Shown here: in pieces, positions 46,274 to 59,296 of the stretch | Layout of the letters: each line of letters starts with the position of its first letter | Position numbering within the stretch: the stretch's first letter is position 1 | From: Batkoa obscura | Taxonomy: Eukaryota | Reading direction: 5' to 3' | Assembly (NCBI GenBank): GCA_030770535.1 | Contig: JASVEC010000021.1 | Coordinates: forward strand, 620,001 to 684,000 | Length of the DNA stretch: 64,000 bases | Position numbers and translations under genes: made by a program | The notes under the pieces: generated by a model | The model's database searches: none | The model's input: the letters and a program-made list of their open reading frames with translations, nothing else | Told to the model about the DNA's origin: nothing

Positions 46274-47628
46274 ACCATAAAAATAACCCAATGTAATGTT
46301 CAACTATCAATTTGATCTATATATGTCTATTTGGCTTCAACATCCTCAGCTATAAAATTTATGGCTCTATTCATTTAATCTTATATATTTAAGGTCATTC
46401 TTAGTTTATTGAACTTTTAATTTAATTTCTTGATTTTTATTAAAGGCTCAAGCTTTAATAAATTTGTTAGTTTTTATTTTTGACTCCACTATATTATTTT
46501 AAAAAGACTCATTTTATTTATGGTAAATTTTTGCTTGTCCTTTATTAAAAAGAGTGGTAAATTTAACTAATAATAATTTTGTGGCTCTAAAATAAAACTT
46601 ATTTTTAAAAAATTTAATTTTATTGGAGGGATAAAAAGCAAGCTTGCGTAATCAAATATTAATTAAAGTGAAATAAATTATAACTAAACCAATTTAAATT
46701 AGGTGAATAGTCTCTAATAAGTACATTTAAGTATTTACCAAATATATATATAGTGTTTTAAATAAATGTTTAATGTACGATCGATTATTTATAACAAGTA
46801 ATATTTGTTCAATTTAAAGATTTAAGAATTAAAATCATTTTAATATAGCAGTAATGAAACTAAATAAGTTTAAAGGATGCTTTATATGCTTGTTTTAACA
46901 AAATTGATCTTGGTAAAAAAACATTCTCATTCAAAATATTCCTTTTAATTAATTCATAAACTAATTTTAAAGTGAGATTTAAGTTAGGTTGTCAATTTAG
47001 ATTTTAATTAATGATATAAAAGGTTAGTTTTATCAAAAAATATTTTAACAAGATGCTAAACGAATGAATGAATTAATGAATTAATATTTACAATTTTAAA
47101 TTTATTTTCAAGTTATCTTCATTTCTAACCCTTTGAATAACAAGTTTTCAAAAACTCTGTTTGATTGGGCCAGAATTTTTTAACCTTTTACTATTGAAGC
47201 AGATTTTTGCCCAATTAGGGCTAAGTTAGACAATGAATCTAGCTCTTATGATGATTTTATTTCGATCTGAAAATTTTTGCATTTAATTCGTTTTTGGTAT
47301 TCAAAGGCTTAGGTTGTTATTTCTGAATGTACTTTACAAATCTCGGAAGAGCCAATCAGATTCCATATTAATTCACTCTGCTAAAACAATGAAAATCAAG
47401 GAAAACAAAATAAAGTAAGGTAATGGAAGGAAAAAAACTTTTTAGACTAGATAAAATCATTTTTAGTTTTTGAGGAATAGTCCACTTTTGAGATAATCAA
47501 AATCAAATTATAGTTGAATATATGAATTAAACGAACATTTAAAAATGTCAAAAACTAAATGATTTCATTCGAATTTTATTTATAATTTACCATTTAAGAT
47601 AATTTCCAGAGTAACTTATAACTTTCAA

Positions 47629-50600
47629 TCATAATAGCTCTTTTAATTTCTTCAAAAATAGAAGCGCTGAAATGTGTAAACGTAAAATCTAATTCATAAT
47701 GATAATAATAATTACCTTCAATAGGTGAAAGTGCGTTTAGATCTACCTTTGAAAGCTAACAAAAGTAAGTAAATAAATGCTACTACATAAAATTAAAACA
47801 TATTACCTCTTTAGATACTAAATTATTAGGTGGCAACTATTAAAAATGTCAGGATTGATTTAATAATATACAAAAATTTACCTTTTGATTACCAGAAAGC
47901 GAGTTTCGATTTAATTTCTCTAAGTAACTATTTGCCTCAATCAAAGCATTTTCTGGAATACCTGCTAAGCGGGCAGTTTTTAAAGCAGCTGAGTCAGAAG
48001 CAGCCCCTGGTTTCAGTTTGTGCAAAAAGGTAAACGAATTGTTCTAATAACTTAAGTCTAATTAGAAAATCAATATTAAATTTTATACCTCCAATTCGAT
48101 TACTTCACTGTGAAAGTTGACACATTTATTTAACCCCAACTCTTGGAAATTGTTGGCTAAATTCTGGAAATGGGTTGCAAATAGAGTTCGGCATTGAATT
48201 TGATTTTGCAATTCTAATAATATACCATATGCAATAGCTTCCCCTTCCAGAGGTGAAGTGCCTCTACCTATTTCATCAATAATTACTAGTGACTTTCTAC
48301 TTGTCTTCTTTAATATATCTCCTGCTTCCTGCATTTCAATCATAAAGGTAGATTGTTCATTGGTTAAGTTATCGCCTGTGCCTATCTAATTAATTAAAAA
48401 ACCATGTAACAACAAATAAGTACAATAATAGTACTCTCGAATAAACAGCATCCGTGACACCAATTACCGCATTTTCAGCTGGTATAAAAAATCCACATTG
48501 TGCCAGTATAATGTTAATAGCTACCATTCTTAAAAAAGTACTTTTACCACCCATGTTAGGTCCAGTTAAAACCAATATTTGATTACTGTCCAAAAGGATA
48601 TCGTTATTAGTAAATAATTTACTTTTTTTTAATAAACTTTGCTCTACTGTTAAATGTCGACAATTCATCATTTTTACCTGCTCATCATGGACTAATTTTG
48701 GCCTATTTAATTGATATTCATCACTCAGCATGGCCATTGTACTACTTAAATCAATTTCGGATATAGTTTTACTCATTTCGATAATTGACTCTTTACTTTT
48801 CAATATCTAAAATACCATATCAGTACTTGTTTTGATATTTTTAGGCTAAATTACTTTTTGAATTAAATCATTTAGTACAACCTTTTCACGGTTCATAATA
48901 TCTAAATTTATAGCTTCAATCTCAGTTGCTAATTTAGACCAATCCTACAACATATTATTATTGTTCCTGTTTATCTAAAATTTAAATTACCTCAACGTAA
49001 TATCGGTATTTTCCTTTCAAGGACTGAAATAGAGTTGGTGGTGATTTTAGTTCACTTTTGTTATCTTCAAATTTGTTATGGTCTCTAGAACTAATCTCAA
49101 CGATGTGTGCCAAATTGCCAAATGTAACTAATTTTAATGATTTACAATCTATCATATAATAAGTATCAAATCATTTTATATATTATATTAGGTGTACTCA
49201 ATAATTCTCTTAAATTCAATTCCAAGTCCTCTTTCCGAGTAATTAGCTTTTCATGTTGCTGCTGAAAATTTAACAACTGCTTATCAGATCTAAAGAAGAA
49301 ATTAAACACTATCTTATTAAAGCGATTGACTTACTCATAATTAATTTTAACCTCCATGTCATTTATTTGCAACGTATTTTTAGTAATATCTAACAATTCG
49401 CTTTTGAAATTTAGCTTCTTTGTTAATCCCTTTATGATACTTTGATTTTTATATTCTCCTAATAATTTATTTAATTCTTCAGCTACTTGAAGCATATTGT
49501 AAATATCCAAAAGTTCCGAAAAAGAACCTAGATTTAAAGATAATTTTTGAATAGCATATTGGGCATCCTTAGTCTTTTTTAGACTTTGTCTTATTTTATT
49601 AATTATGATTTTATTGAATATAAATACTTCTATTAGGTTCAATCTAGTTTCAATCAAGCTAATATCAGTTGATGGGTTCGATAGGTAATGATAAAGCAAG
49701 CGAGATCCCCCTTTGGTGATTGTTTTATTGAGTAAGTTATACACACTATTTTTTCCGCCAAATATCTCTAAACTATCAATTGTGCTTTTATCCATTTTAA
49801 CAGTTTGTTCGTCTTTTTTATTAACGTTTAATTCAAATTTGATTTCTTTATTCCCCATCACTTTATCAAAATAATTGATAATCCCATTAGCTGCTTTTTG
49901 TTCCAACTTTGTATACAGCTTTATTTCCTTCTGTATCTTTCGAATGCCTTTTATTTTCTTATTTAAGAATAATTCCTTACTTTCAAAACTTAGTTTATAC
50001 CCCTTTAATAGCTTGATTAACTCCGTTTCTTCTTCCAGTAATATGATTTCTTTAGGCTTAATAACAGCTAAATCATTTAATAAATTTTCGATTTTACTGC
50101 TTGAAATAAAAAACTCTCCAGTTGTAACATCTAACCATGACATACTAATATCATTTCCTTTCCTGTATAAACTTAATAAGTAATTGCATTTGGAGGTGTC
50201 TAGGAATGGAAGGTCGATTAATGTTCCTTTTGTATAAATTCTATCCACTTTTCTATAAAATTGCTTTGTAATTTCATCTTGGTATTGTTCTAATATGGCA
50301 ACATCTAACTCATGGGAAATAAGCTTTTCTAACTGTCTTTCTAAACTTTTTGCTGGAAACCCAGTAAATGAAAATACATGCTCTTTTACTTTTTTCTTTA
50401 CTACAGCCAATCCTAAAAGTTCACCAATTTGTTCAGCTTGATCATAGTACATCTAATAAAATTTAATAAATTATAGTAATAATAATATGATGCTACCTCA
50501 TAGAAATCTCCAACTCTTATTAAAGCCACTTGGTTTTTATTATCAAGTTGGTATTTTTTCACTGTCTGTAGTAATTTACTAGAAGGTAAGTCTAAATCTA

Positions 50601-50766
50601 CTGGATCCTGTTCAGCATTTATTTTCCCAACATCTTGAAGAAGCAAATTCCCCAACTCCTTATCCTTTGTAACTAAATTTACTTTTCTTTTGCTAACTAG
50701 AAAGCATCGGGAAATTCTTATTACTTGTAAATTTCTATGAATAAAATAATTTAAAAACATTTTCAT
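47629..50766 (-). CDS. MSH1: Mitochondrial MutS homolog MSH1, multi-exon
   Basis: Basic presequence-like N-terminus; RVGDFYE-MYYDQA, FTGFP, RIYTKGTLID, LTGPNMGGKSTFLR, STFMIEM, IIDEIGRGTS, LFATHF, TARLAGIP. Last exon ends at TGA 47629. Confidence 0.92.
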
Positions 50767-51162
50767 AAATAATTTTGACCCCTATTTTTTTTGCATTTAT
50801 CTAAAAAAGTTGAACTTATGTAATTAAAAGATTAAATAATCATTATATATAAAAAATGTTAAGAATAATGAGAATTTAAGTTGAAATTTTATTGTTTGAT
50901 TAAAAAATAAACTAAAGCAAGCATAAGGTAATATCTATCGAAATTTATATCCAGACGTGTTTTCTGAAGATAACAATTTTAATAAAATATTTGAAACTAA
51001 AAATTCAGTTAGTTTTACTAAAACTTAGCTCGCTTCTGGATTTATTTTTACTGATAATATTAAAATAATTATATAATCCACATAATAACCAAAATTTACA
51101 AACAAAACTAAACCATAAATAAAAAAGACTTAATTCATTTTTATAAAAACTATATTTTAGAT

Positions 51163-51659
51163 TTAAGCTTGTTTGGTGGTTGGCTTAACTCTTTTGTTAT
51201 TAGAACGGTAAAGAGCGAAAGCACGGAGTTGAGCATTCTAATGATATTAACTTTTAGGAAATTATAAAATTATAAAATTTTACCTTATATTGGTCATCAC
51301 GGTGAGCATTTCTGGTAACTAAACCGACAATCTTCTTTTGTCCTTGTTTGAAGTGGTTAGCACGTACGTTAACTTTAACTAAATGTTTGCTTGGTTTATT
51401 GAAGTTTTTAGCTCCAGTGGTATAATGGGCTGTAACTCCTTTAGGTCCAGCAACTAAACCGATAGCCTACAAAATTAGGTTAATATTTTTCTCTATGTTT
51501 TAACATTTTGTTTACATTGGTTTGGATGAAACCAGCTTGGGCACGGTTATGTAAGTTAGTTAAGTTTAATGGGTCACGGGAGAAAGTGACACCAGATCTT
51601 TTAACTAAGTAAGTGTTGTTACGTTTGGTAACTTCCCAAAGGAGATCAGTAGAGACCAT
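51163..51659 (-). CDS. RPL28: 60S ribosomal protein L28 (eL28), 3 coding exons
   Basis: Exons 51659-51516, 51466-51284, 51237-51163 give MVSTDLLWEVTKRNNTYLVKRSGVTFSRDPLNLTNLHN...NKPSK...HRDDQYKNAQLRAFALYRS. Not in the ORF track. Confidence 0.93.
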
Positions 51660-52000
51660 CTACATTGTATTTTTCATGGTTAGAAATGTTATAAATTATA
51701 AAACATGTATATATCGATCGAATAATATTGACTTTTGGGTTGTCTTTATTCAAAACCATCATATTTAATTTCCATAGAAACTAACCTTATTTATTTATAA
51801 TTAAATTTGAAGGAAAAGAAAGTTTCTAATTTTTTTGCTACTACAAAACAAGCCTGCTAATTTTTGATTTTTTCTCTGCAATACCCCTGCAATTTTTTAT
51901 AGAAAAATCTTTTTTTATTATTTCTTTTGCAAATCTCAATTCCCATAATTTTTTTTAGTAAATTGTTAAACAAAATTTAAAAAAAATAAATGAAAGAAAA

Positions 52001-52102
52001 TATGGGACTGTTTTTTTTAGTTTCATTATTCTTTCATTTTTTAAGCGCTATTTCAGTGGAAAGATGTAATAAAATTCTTAAACAAAAAAATACACCCCTA
52101 TA
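52001..52102 (+). mobile_element. ~100 bp MITE copy
   Basis: TATGGGACTGTTTTTT...AAAAAATACACCCCTATA with family core. Confidence 0.8.
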
Positions 52103-53351
52103 TTTTTTTCAAGTATGTCTAAATACTAGATCTCTTATTATATATATACTGGCTTATATTTTGTGTTTTATATCCTTCTATCGTTAAAGCAAACTACTCT
52201 AACAACGTACCTTGAAAGTCCAAAATATTAAACTTATTAAGAAACTCTCGTTTTGAAAAAATAAATGCAAAACTGATTTTCATAATAGATCACTCTTTAC
52301 ATGAGACATTGTTACTTTTTTTAAAACTTGAATCATTCCTCATAAATAAATTCACTTTCATCAAAGAATTCTATTTTTTATAAAACTAGCTACAATTTCG
52401 AAAAATGTGAAAACTTGGACTTTAAAGAAATAAATAGTACATGATAAAATGTTTATGTTAAAAAAGTTAAATTGTTCTAAGTAAATAACAAACTTTATGT
52501 TTGTACATATCTATTCTTCTGGCTAATAAAATACTTTAACATATAATATAATCGATAAACCGGACTACTTCACTATTGTTGGTTTGAATGCAAGATTACC
52601 ATTTTTTAGTTGAATAAACACCGATTTTGCCAATTGTTGTTTGATTGGGCAAATAATATTGGCGGATCAAGAGATAGACATTAAAATGAATAAATCATTA
52701 ATTGACAGGTACTTTTCCAGAAAATCAACCAAATAGGTCAATGATGGAAGCAAGGAGAGTATATATAATATCAGTTACAGAAGGTTTTGGTGTAATTGAA
52801 AACTCAAATTTTATTGTATCAAAAGTTTGAATTTGTATAAGCACTTTAAAATATTTATTTTAAATATTAAGTTACAAACATAGGCGGTATATATTGGTGA
52901 AAGAGACAACCATTTAGCTCGATTTTTCAAATATGTCAAATGCTTAAATAACATGTATCTCGAAAAGACACATATATTTGTAAAACCTTCATAACTCAAA
53001 TTTTATAAATATAGGTATATATTTAGATTAAATATAAATCTTAAAATGCCAACTAAAATTTGAAATTCTTAAAATCAGGCCATAAAATGATTTGAATAGT
53101 TGACTGAAATTTATCTAAATTTTAAATTCAAACTAAAAAGTAGTTTTTAGTATCTAATATAAATTTTATTTCATTATTACAAAATTTGAGGGTTACTCTG
53201 TTAGTGTTTATCATTCAAAGTTATATGATTGAGAACTGATATTCTATCAGTTAAGACAAGATCCACCCATTTAGGCTAGTTTCCAAAAGTACTTATTAAT
53301 ATAAAATTGTCAATTAAAATAAAATTACACATTTAGCTTTAATAAACATAT

Positions 53352-53455
53352 TATGGGGATGTTTTTTTTGGCTTCATTGTTTTTCCCATCTTTTAAGCAC
53401 TATTTTAGTAGAAAAATTGCTAGTAAATTCTTAAACACAAAAACACATCCCCTTA
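53352..53455 (+). mobile_element. ~100 bp MITE copy
   Basis: TATGGGGATGTTTTTTTTGGCTTCA...AAAACACATCCCCTTA. Confidence 0.85.
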
Positions 53456-53696
53456 TACTAGCTGTATTATACAAAAACATATGCAGTGCGATAATAACAT
53501 GAAGTTTTAATTTTTATAGTTTAATATTTTATTCCATTTTAGCTATTTTTAAAGCAAAATAACACATTTGAAACTAAAAATTCAAGCAACTTTAGAGCTT
53601 TTTGTTTACAAAATAAATTATCTACTCTAAAGCTACAAAAATTCAAATAGATAAGGTCATAATTAAAAGGAGTTACTTAACTCTGTTGTTTTATTT

Positions 53697-53796
53697 TATG
53701 GTGGTGTTTTTTGACTTCACTTTTTCCGTCTTTTAAGCGTTATTTAGGTGAAAAAATTGTTAATAAAATTGTTAAATACAAAAATACATCTCCTTA
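53697..53796 (+). mobile_element. ~100 bp MITE copy
   Basis: TATGGTGGTGTTTTTTGACTTCA...AAAAATACATCTCCTTA. Confidence 0.8.
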
Positions 53797-54476
53797 TAAA
53801 ACTCCTTTTAATAAACTTTCATATTTCAAATAAACCTAGATTTATCAGTACTTTATAAACTAGGTAAGTAAAATTGATAAATTAAAGTTATTGGAAAGAT
53901 ATAAATAACATGGTGATTTCATTGGATATGATAAATACAAATTAACTTTATCAAGTAAAGTTGGATATTCTTTTTAGGGTGTTAAATAGATGAATAATAC
54001 ACTAATTATTTAATACAGATACCTAATTTTAAGAACTTTCATTGGCTGTGGTGACTAAATAAAGTAGGGGATTACATTATGGATAAAGTTAATTGATTAA
54101 ATTATTAGCCTATTAATCGCACCTAAACTAAAAGAACAAATCATTTATACATAATAATGTGACTTAATAAATTTGTACAGTATAATATTGAATAATCAGT
54201 TTATTGAATATGAAATGATAAAAATAAATCATTGTAATAGATTCGTAATATATATAAGATTAACGTTGAAAAGATAGAAAGCAAACATAAAAACCAAATG
54301 AATAAGATGTAAGACTAAACAGGGCAATAAAATATAGTTTAGATTGAATAAGGTGGATTAAAATGCAGAAATAAACTTCTTGCTTAAACAAATATGAGGA
54401 AAGGGGGATATTGAAGAATTGGGTAAAGAAAAATATAATATTAATTGTTGCTAACAATAGTGAAAAGAATAAAACA

Positions 54477-55055
54477 TTAAAGGAAAAATTGATTAATATC
54501 AATAGGAAAGTCATGAAAGTTGTAATGATTTGAAAAATTTAACAAGCAAATTTCCCACTTCATGTAACAAGAGTGTAAAATAAATAGACGGTGATCCAGC
54601 TCCATCAAAATTAAGTTTTGCATTTTGGCTAAATCCTGTTTATTAACCAAGGTAATGCTTTGCCAGAGTTCCATGTTGTATTTGGTATCCAATAACCATA
54701 TATAACTTAACTTCAAACATGCGATAAAGATCAAGTTAACAGGATAATTATTTAATAAGAAAGATTTTTTATGTACCAAGCGAGTAAAATAGTTCAAACT
54801 TACCAATATAATACTTGGTGGTGCGCGTAAGCTACTGATTAACATCTGATAAAAATTTGGGTTGGGGATCAATCCTTTTTTGTTATCATAGTTAGCTTGA
54901 ATATAGATGATTCTTTGTATAAAATTAATTATCGTTGAATCCGGTAGTTGGGTTATTTCATTATACTTTTTATTTATAATAGCAGGAAAAAGTCGCGAAT
55001 CGAATCTGTTTATGCTTTGTATTTCACAATCTATTTCTTGCTGATATAATGTCAT
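54477..55055 (-). CDS. Cyclin-fold protein, Pho80/Pcl-like (divergent)
   Basis: ATG at 55055; LVSLNYFTRL, IFIACLKLSYIWLLD..Y....W..IT.V...DL..MQ..IL..LD.RL follows the Pcl cyclin box. Confidence 0.72.
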   Translation of the reverse strand: MTLYQQEIDCEIQSINRFDSRLFPAIINKKYNEITQLPDSTIINFIQRIIYIQANYDNKKGLIPNPNFYQMLISSLRAPPSIILVSLNYFTRLVHKKSFLLNNYPVNLIFIACLKLSYIWLLDTKYNMELWQSITLVNKQDLAKMQNLILMELDHRLFILHSCYMKWEICLLNFSNHYNFHDFPIDINQFFL

Positions 55056-58000
55056 TTTTTTCAAAAAGTAAAAAAAATAAAGTCAAATCTCTTTGGTTCT
55101 GTTTTTATACCAAAAATAAGATCATTTTAGTTGCAGCATTTGTCATCTTATCCGTAATTTCATCCAATTAATTTGACAGTTAAATTTGTTCATGTCCAAT
55201 CATTACAACGTATTTGCTATATTTAGCTATAAACTATTATTTTATTTGCTAATTAGATTTTGATTCGAATTTTCGGATTAACTTTGCAAATCACTCATTT
55301 TTTCATTTGGCTGAGAAGTAATCTTATTTGTTGGTTATTTAAGTTTGATAAAAATAATTTGTTACTTTTACTCTAGTTTTCATTTTCATGCACTGTAATA
55401 ACTATGCTATTGGCTCTCTATTAAGCTGTTTAAAACTAAAAATTCCTAAGAATCAATATCTAATAGATAGCAATTACACCTAGAGCACAAAAACGTATAG
55501 ATAACAAAAAACATTGAATATATAAAAAATAGCAAGCTCATATCTATAACATATCAAAGTTCTACAGTTATCGCTGGATTCAAAACCTGCTGTAATTTCA
55601 ATTTATTTATTTTGCTTTAAGGCTTAAATTGAAACTGTGCTAGTAATATTTATTAAAAGCGGGGATATTATTTAAAAATAAACTATTAAATCTTACAAAC
55701 AAATCATTTTAAATAATATCCTCGTTTTGTAATATATGTATATAATACTATTCAACAGTTTTAAAACGAAAGGACTATATTATTGATAAGAGCTTTTTGA
55801 CAATAACCAGAACCGAAAATAAAAAAAGCTATAGTTCCCAATATAGATATTAACGCTTTTGAGCAAAATGGACAGAATGTTTATAAAGTAATGTTTTAAA
55901 TGTCCTTTTTTTGCTCAATAATAGGATGTATTAATAGTGAAATTTTTGTTTAGTTTTACTTGTTTTTCTGATCTAAGCTATTATAAATTTTGTAAAGACT
56001 TGGTGCATGTTCATTTTTGGCAGTATTATTATCATAAAGCTATCTATCAGTTGTGCAAATTATTTAAATAACTATGATGAATTATAATGCTGTACATTTG
56101 AATTGAGAAAGTATTATCATATTGATTTATAAAAGTAAATGAGCTTCAAAAAAACAAGTAGAAAGTTAAATATTATAGAATTATATTTGTTCTAACGTTA
56201 CTTTGTCTATTATAACTGTAATATAACAATAGTAAATACTACATTATAAAATATTTGTTATAAATATAAAATGTTTATTAAAAAGGTTATTTTAAAATCC
56301 AAATTAAATACGAAGTAGATTATTAGATGTATAATACATATAAACACTAAAAGATTTTACTTTATTAAAAACATAAATAATATTATATAAAAAATACGCT
56401 TTTTCAACAAACTTAAGCTGTTTATAATTTATATAAAAAACAGATTACTTAGTATATATCTTAAGCAATGGAGATTTTACAAAGGACATTAAGGGCAAAG
56501 GAATACTAAAATAACTTTTTTTACATATATAATAAACTATATTGAATAAAATTTCATGATATGATAAATTTTTTATTACCATTTTTATATTTATAATAAC
56601 TATAAAAATCGGATTATAAACAGCGACTACTTTTGACTATACATAAATATTAAAAGTTAGGTGACAAACATAATCTTTGAATATGCTGTAAATTGCGGTT
56701 ATTGTAATATAAAGCTTTGATCTCTACTTGTTTTCAATTAGCGTAAATTTGAGGTTATAGAATTAAGCTTAAACTTCTTTTGATCTTAATTAAGTATCAT
56801 TTAGGAGTTAGGTTCCTGTGTTGTTTGGTCATGTTATTTCTATAATAAACCCTCCATAAATCTAGAATTGTATACTTTTGATACCATCATGCGCTATAGA
56901 CTATACGCATAAATTTTTGATATAATTTTTCGAAATAAAAACCTTTAATAAATATTTTTAATTAATTATGACCTGGATTTTAAAGACTAAAAAAAGTAAA
57001 AACGTAAGTCTGTAAATAAGCTTGTAATGAATATAATAAGAGGGTATTTTATATAATAATAACATTACAGTTATCATTTAATTTTTTTTAAAAACACCGA
57101 GTAATAAAGGGGGAAAATAAAATAATTGAAGGATGAAGAATCGGTAATTTAATGAATAAAATAGTCATGCCTATTAAAAATGATCTTAACTTTCTTAGCT
57201 TTGGTAACAAAATATTCATTTTAAAAAACATCAAATAAACTTTCAAAAAGATGTCAAAAATATAACTGATAATATGCGTGGGATTAAAATTAGGGATGGC
57301 ACTCATGATAAAGAATTTCATCTTACTTGGCTAATATAAAAGAAAATTTAATGATAAAAGATGGCCTAGAGATAAATGATAGCTTAAATCACTAGTCTCT
57401 AGGAACCAAGTTTAACTTTAGAAATGTAAACTGTATAAAGAAATGTTATTAAAACTTTTGTAGTAGTTATTCTATTATGTTTAAGCTACAATCCTAATTT
57501 AGATACTAATTTGCTTAATAACTGATATCGTAGTTTATACTAACGTAATTAAGCTTTATTTCCTGTTTGTAGGCATACTTCTATTCTTCAATTTAATTCC
57601 CGCTATTTTCTTTTAGCTATGTCCCGAACCGAGAAATTAGTGTTTATACATATAAAGTTAATTACTTTAATCATCTCTTCTTTAATAAAAATTCAGTTGC
57701 TAAGATGTCTATATATTTTTATGTTATAAAATTAACAACATTTCAAGCTTTAAACACTAAATAAAAAGGTTAACAATTTAAATAATATATAACAATATTG
57801 AATACCATGTCATTTGAAAGATTGAAAGTTAAATTCTAATGGCATGATAAATACAAATTAGGTCTAATTTCGCATAATTCTAAAGAATTTAAAGTATGAT
57901 AAGCTACCATTACATTTCTTCAGTTCCATATCATAAATAAATCTCTATTGCAATTGATTCTATATATGTAGATATGAACGCAATTTACGGAATAGCCTCT

Positions 58001-59296
58001 TTTGTTGGTATATTATAATAGTTTGGATTTTCAAATAACCTTATTAATTTTTATAGTTCATTTAAAAGTAAAGCCGAGGGATATTCTAATACATTAATTT
58101 GTAAATAGCGATTTAAACCATACATGAAATTTTATTTCCACTAGAATGATATAACTTATTATTTTAAAAATAGATTAAGGCACTTAAAGTACTATGCTTT
58201 CGTAAGTTTTTATTATTAAGTGTTCTTAATCTTTAGAGGATGGAATTGAAAAACGTATAATGAAATATATTATATTATATCAAATGATTATGTGCTGGAA
58301 GTTTCTTTATGGTTGAGAATTACGTTATACCACTTGTTTCGCCTATTTGAGTTTAAAATAGATTTTAATTGAAGTACCAAAATCGTATTAATATAATATT
58401 TTATTGCTATACATAGTGTCAATTGCTAAAAATAGCTAATGTTGATATGAGTAAAAAGCAAATATATGTGAGCAAGAGATAAAGTTATATCTTAAGTGCT
58501 CTTAAACCTCAATCCTAATAATAGCGAATGGTTTTTAAATAAAATGTACTAAATAATATTTTATTTTATTTTAACTTTTTATGTTATCTCTAAAATTATT
58601 TAATTTTCATTTGAATCTTACGAAAAAATAATATTAAAATGAGTAATTAGTTTAATGCATCACTTAGACTCATAGTTAGCGAATATACGGAAAAAGTATA
58701 GTCTATTTTGAATAATAATGGGTTTGGGTAAGTAACAGTAATTTATTTTTTATTGTATTTTTGTACAAATGATAATTTCCAAATACAGTATACTCGAACT
58801 TTTATAGTACTATTGGGGATCTTGGATTGAATTAGATAAATTAGACAAGGTTCATTTCAAATAAATCGAAGTTTTAAAAATTAATCTTAAAACAAAATTC
58901 AATATATTCCTAGTGGTAATATACTATAGCATATATATAACCTATAATATGTTTAAATAGTATATGATTTAATTATATATATTACTATTAAAATTTTTCT
59001 AACATGGGGCCAAAGGGCCAAGTAATAATAAATTAATGTTTTGTTTATGAATAGGTTATCAAAATAAATTCAAATAAAAAACAGGAGACCTATTCTTGAA
59101 AAAATAATAACTCTAGAATGTATAAAGAATATAAAAACAATCAAAGACTATTAAGAACCAAATTTACATAAATATAGTTAGTTATTTAATTATGATTTTG
59201 AAATCAATCAAAATGTTAATTGACAAATCCATATCGAAAAAGTATATAAACTAATTAAATTGATTTGACTGTTTAAAGTTACCATGAAAACAATAA

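Noticed and set aside
44500..46280. Six overlapping short ORFs
   Set aside because: Shadows of the low-complexity LisH gene.
51990..52187. 65-aa ORF with apparent signal peptide
   Set aside because: The hydrophobic start is translated T-rich MITE sequence.
55100..59250. 4 kb gene-free region including ORF 57088-57321
   Set aside because: No supportable gene, repeat or RNA; likely regulatory DNA between the divergent cyclin and Zn-cluster genes.
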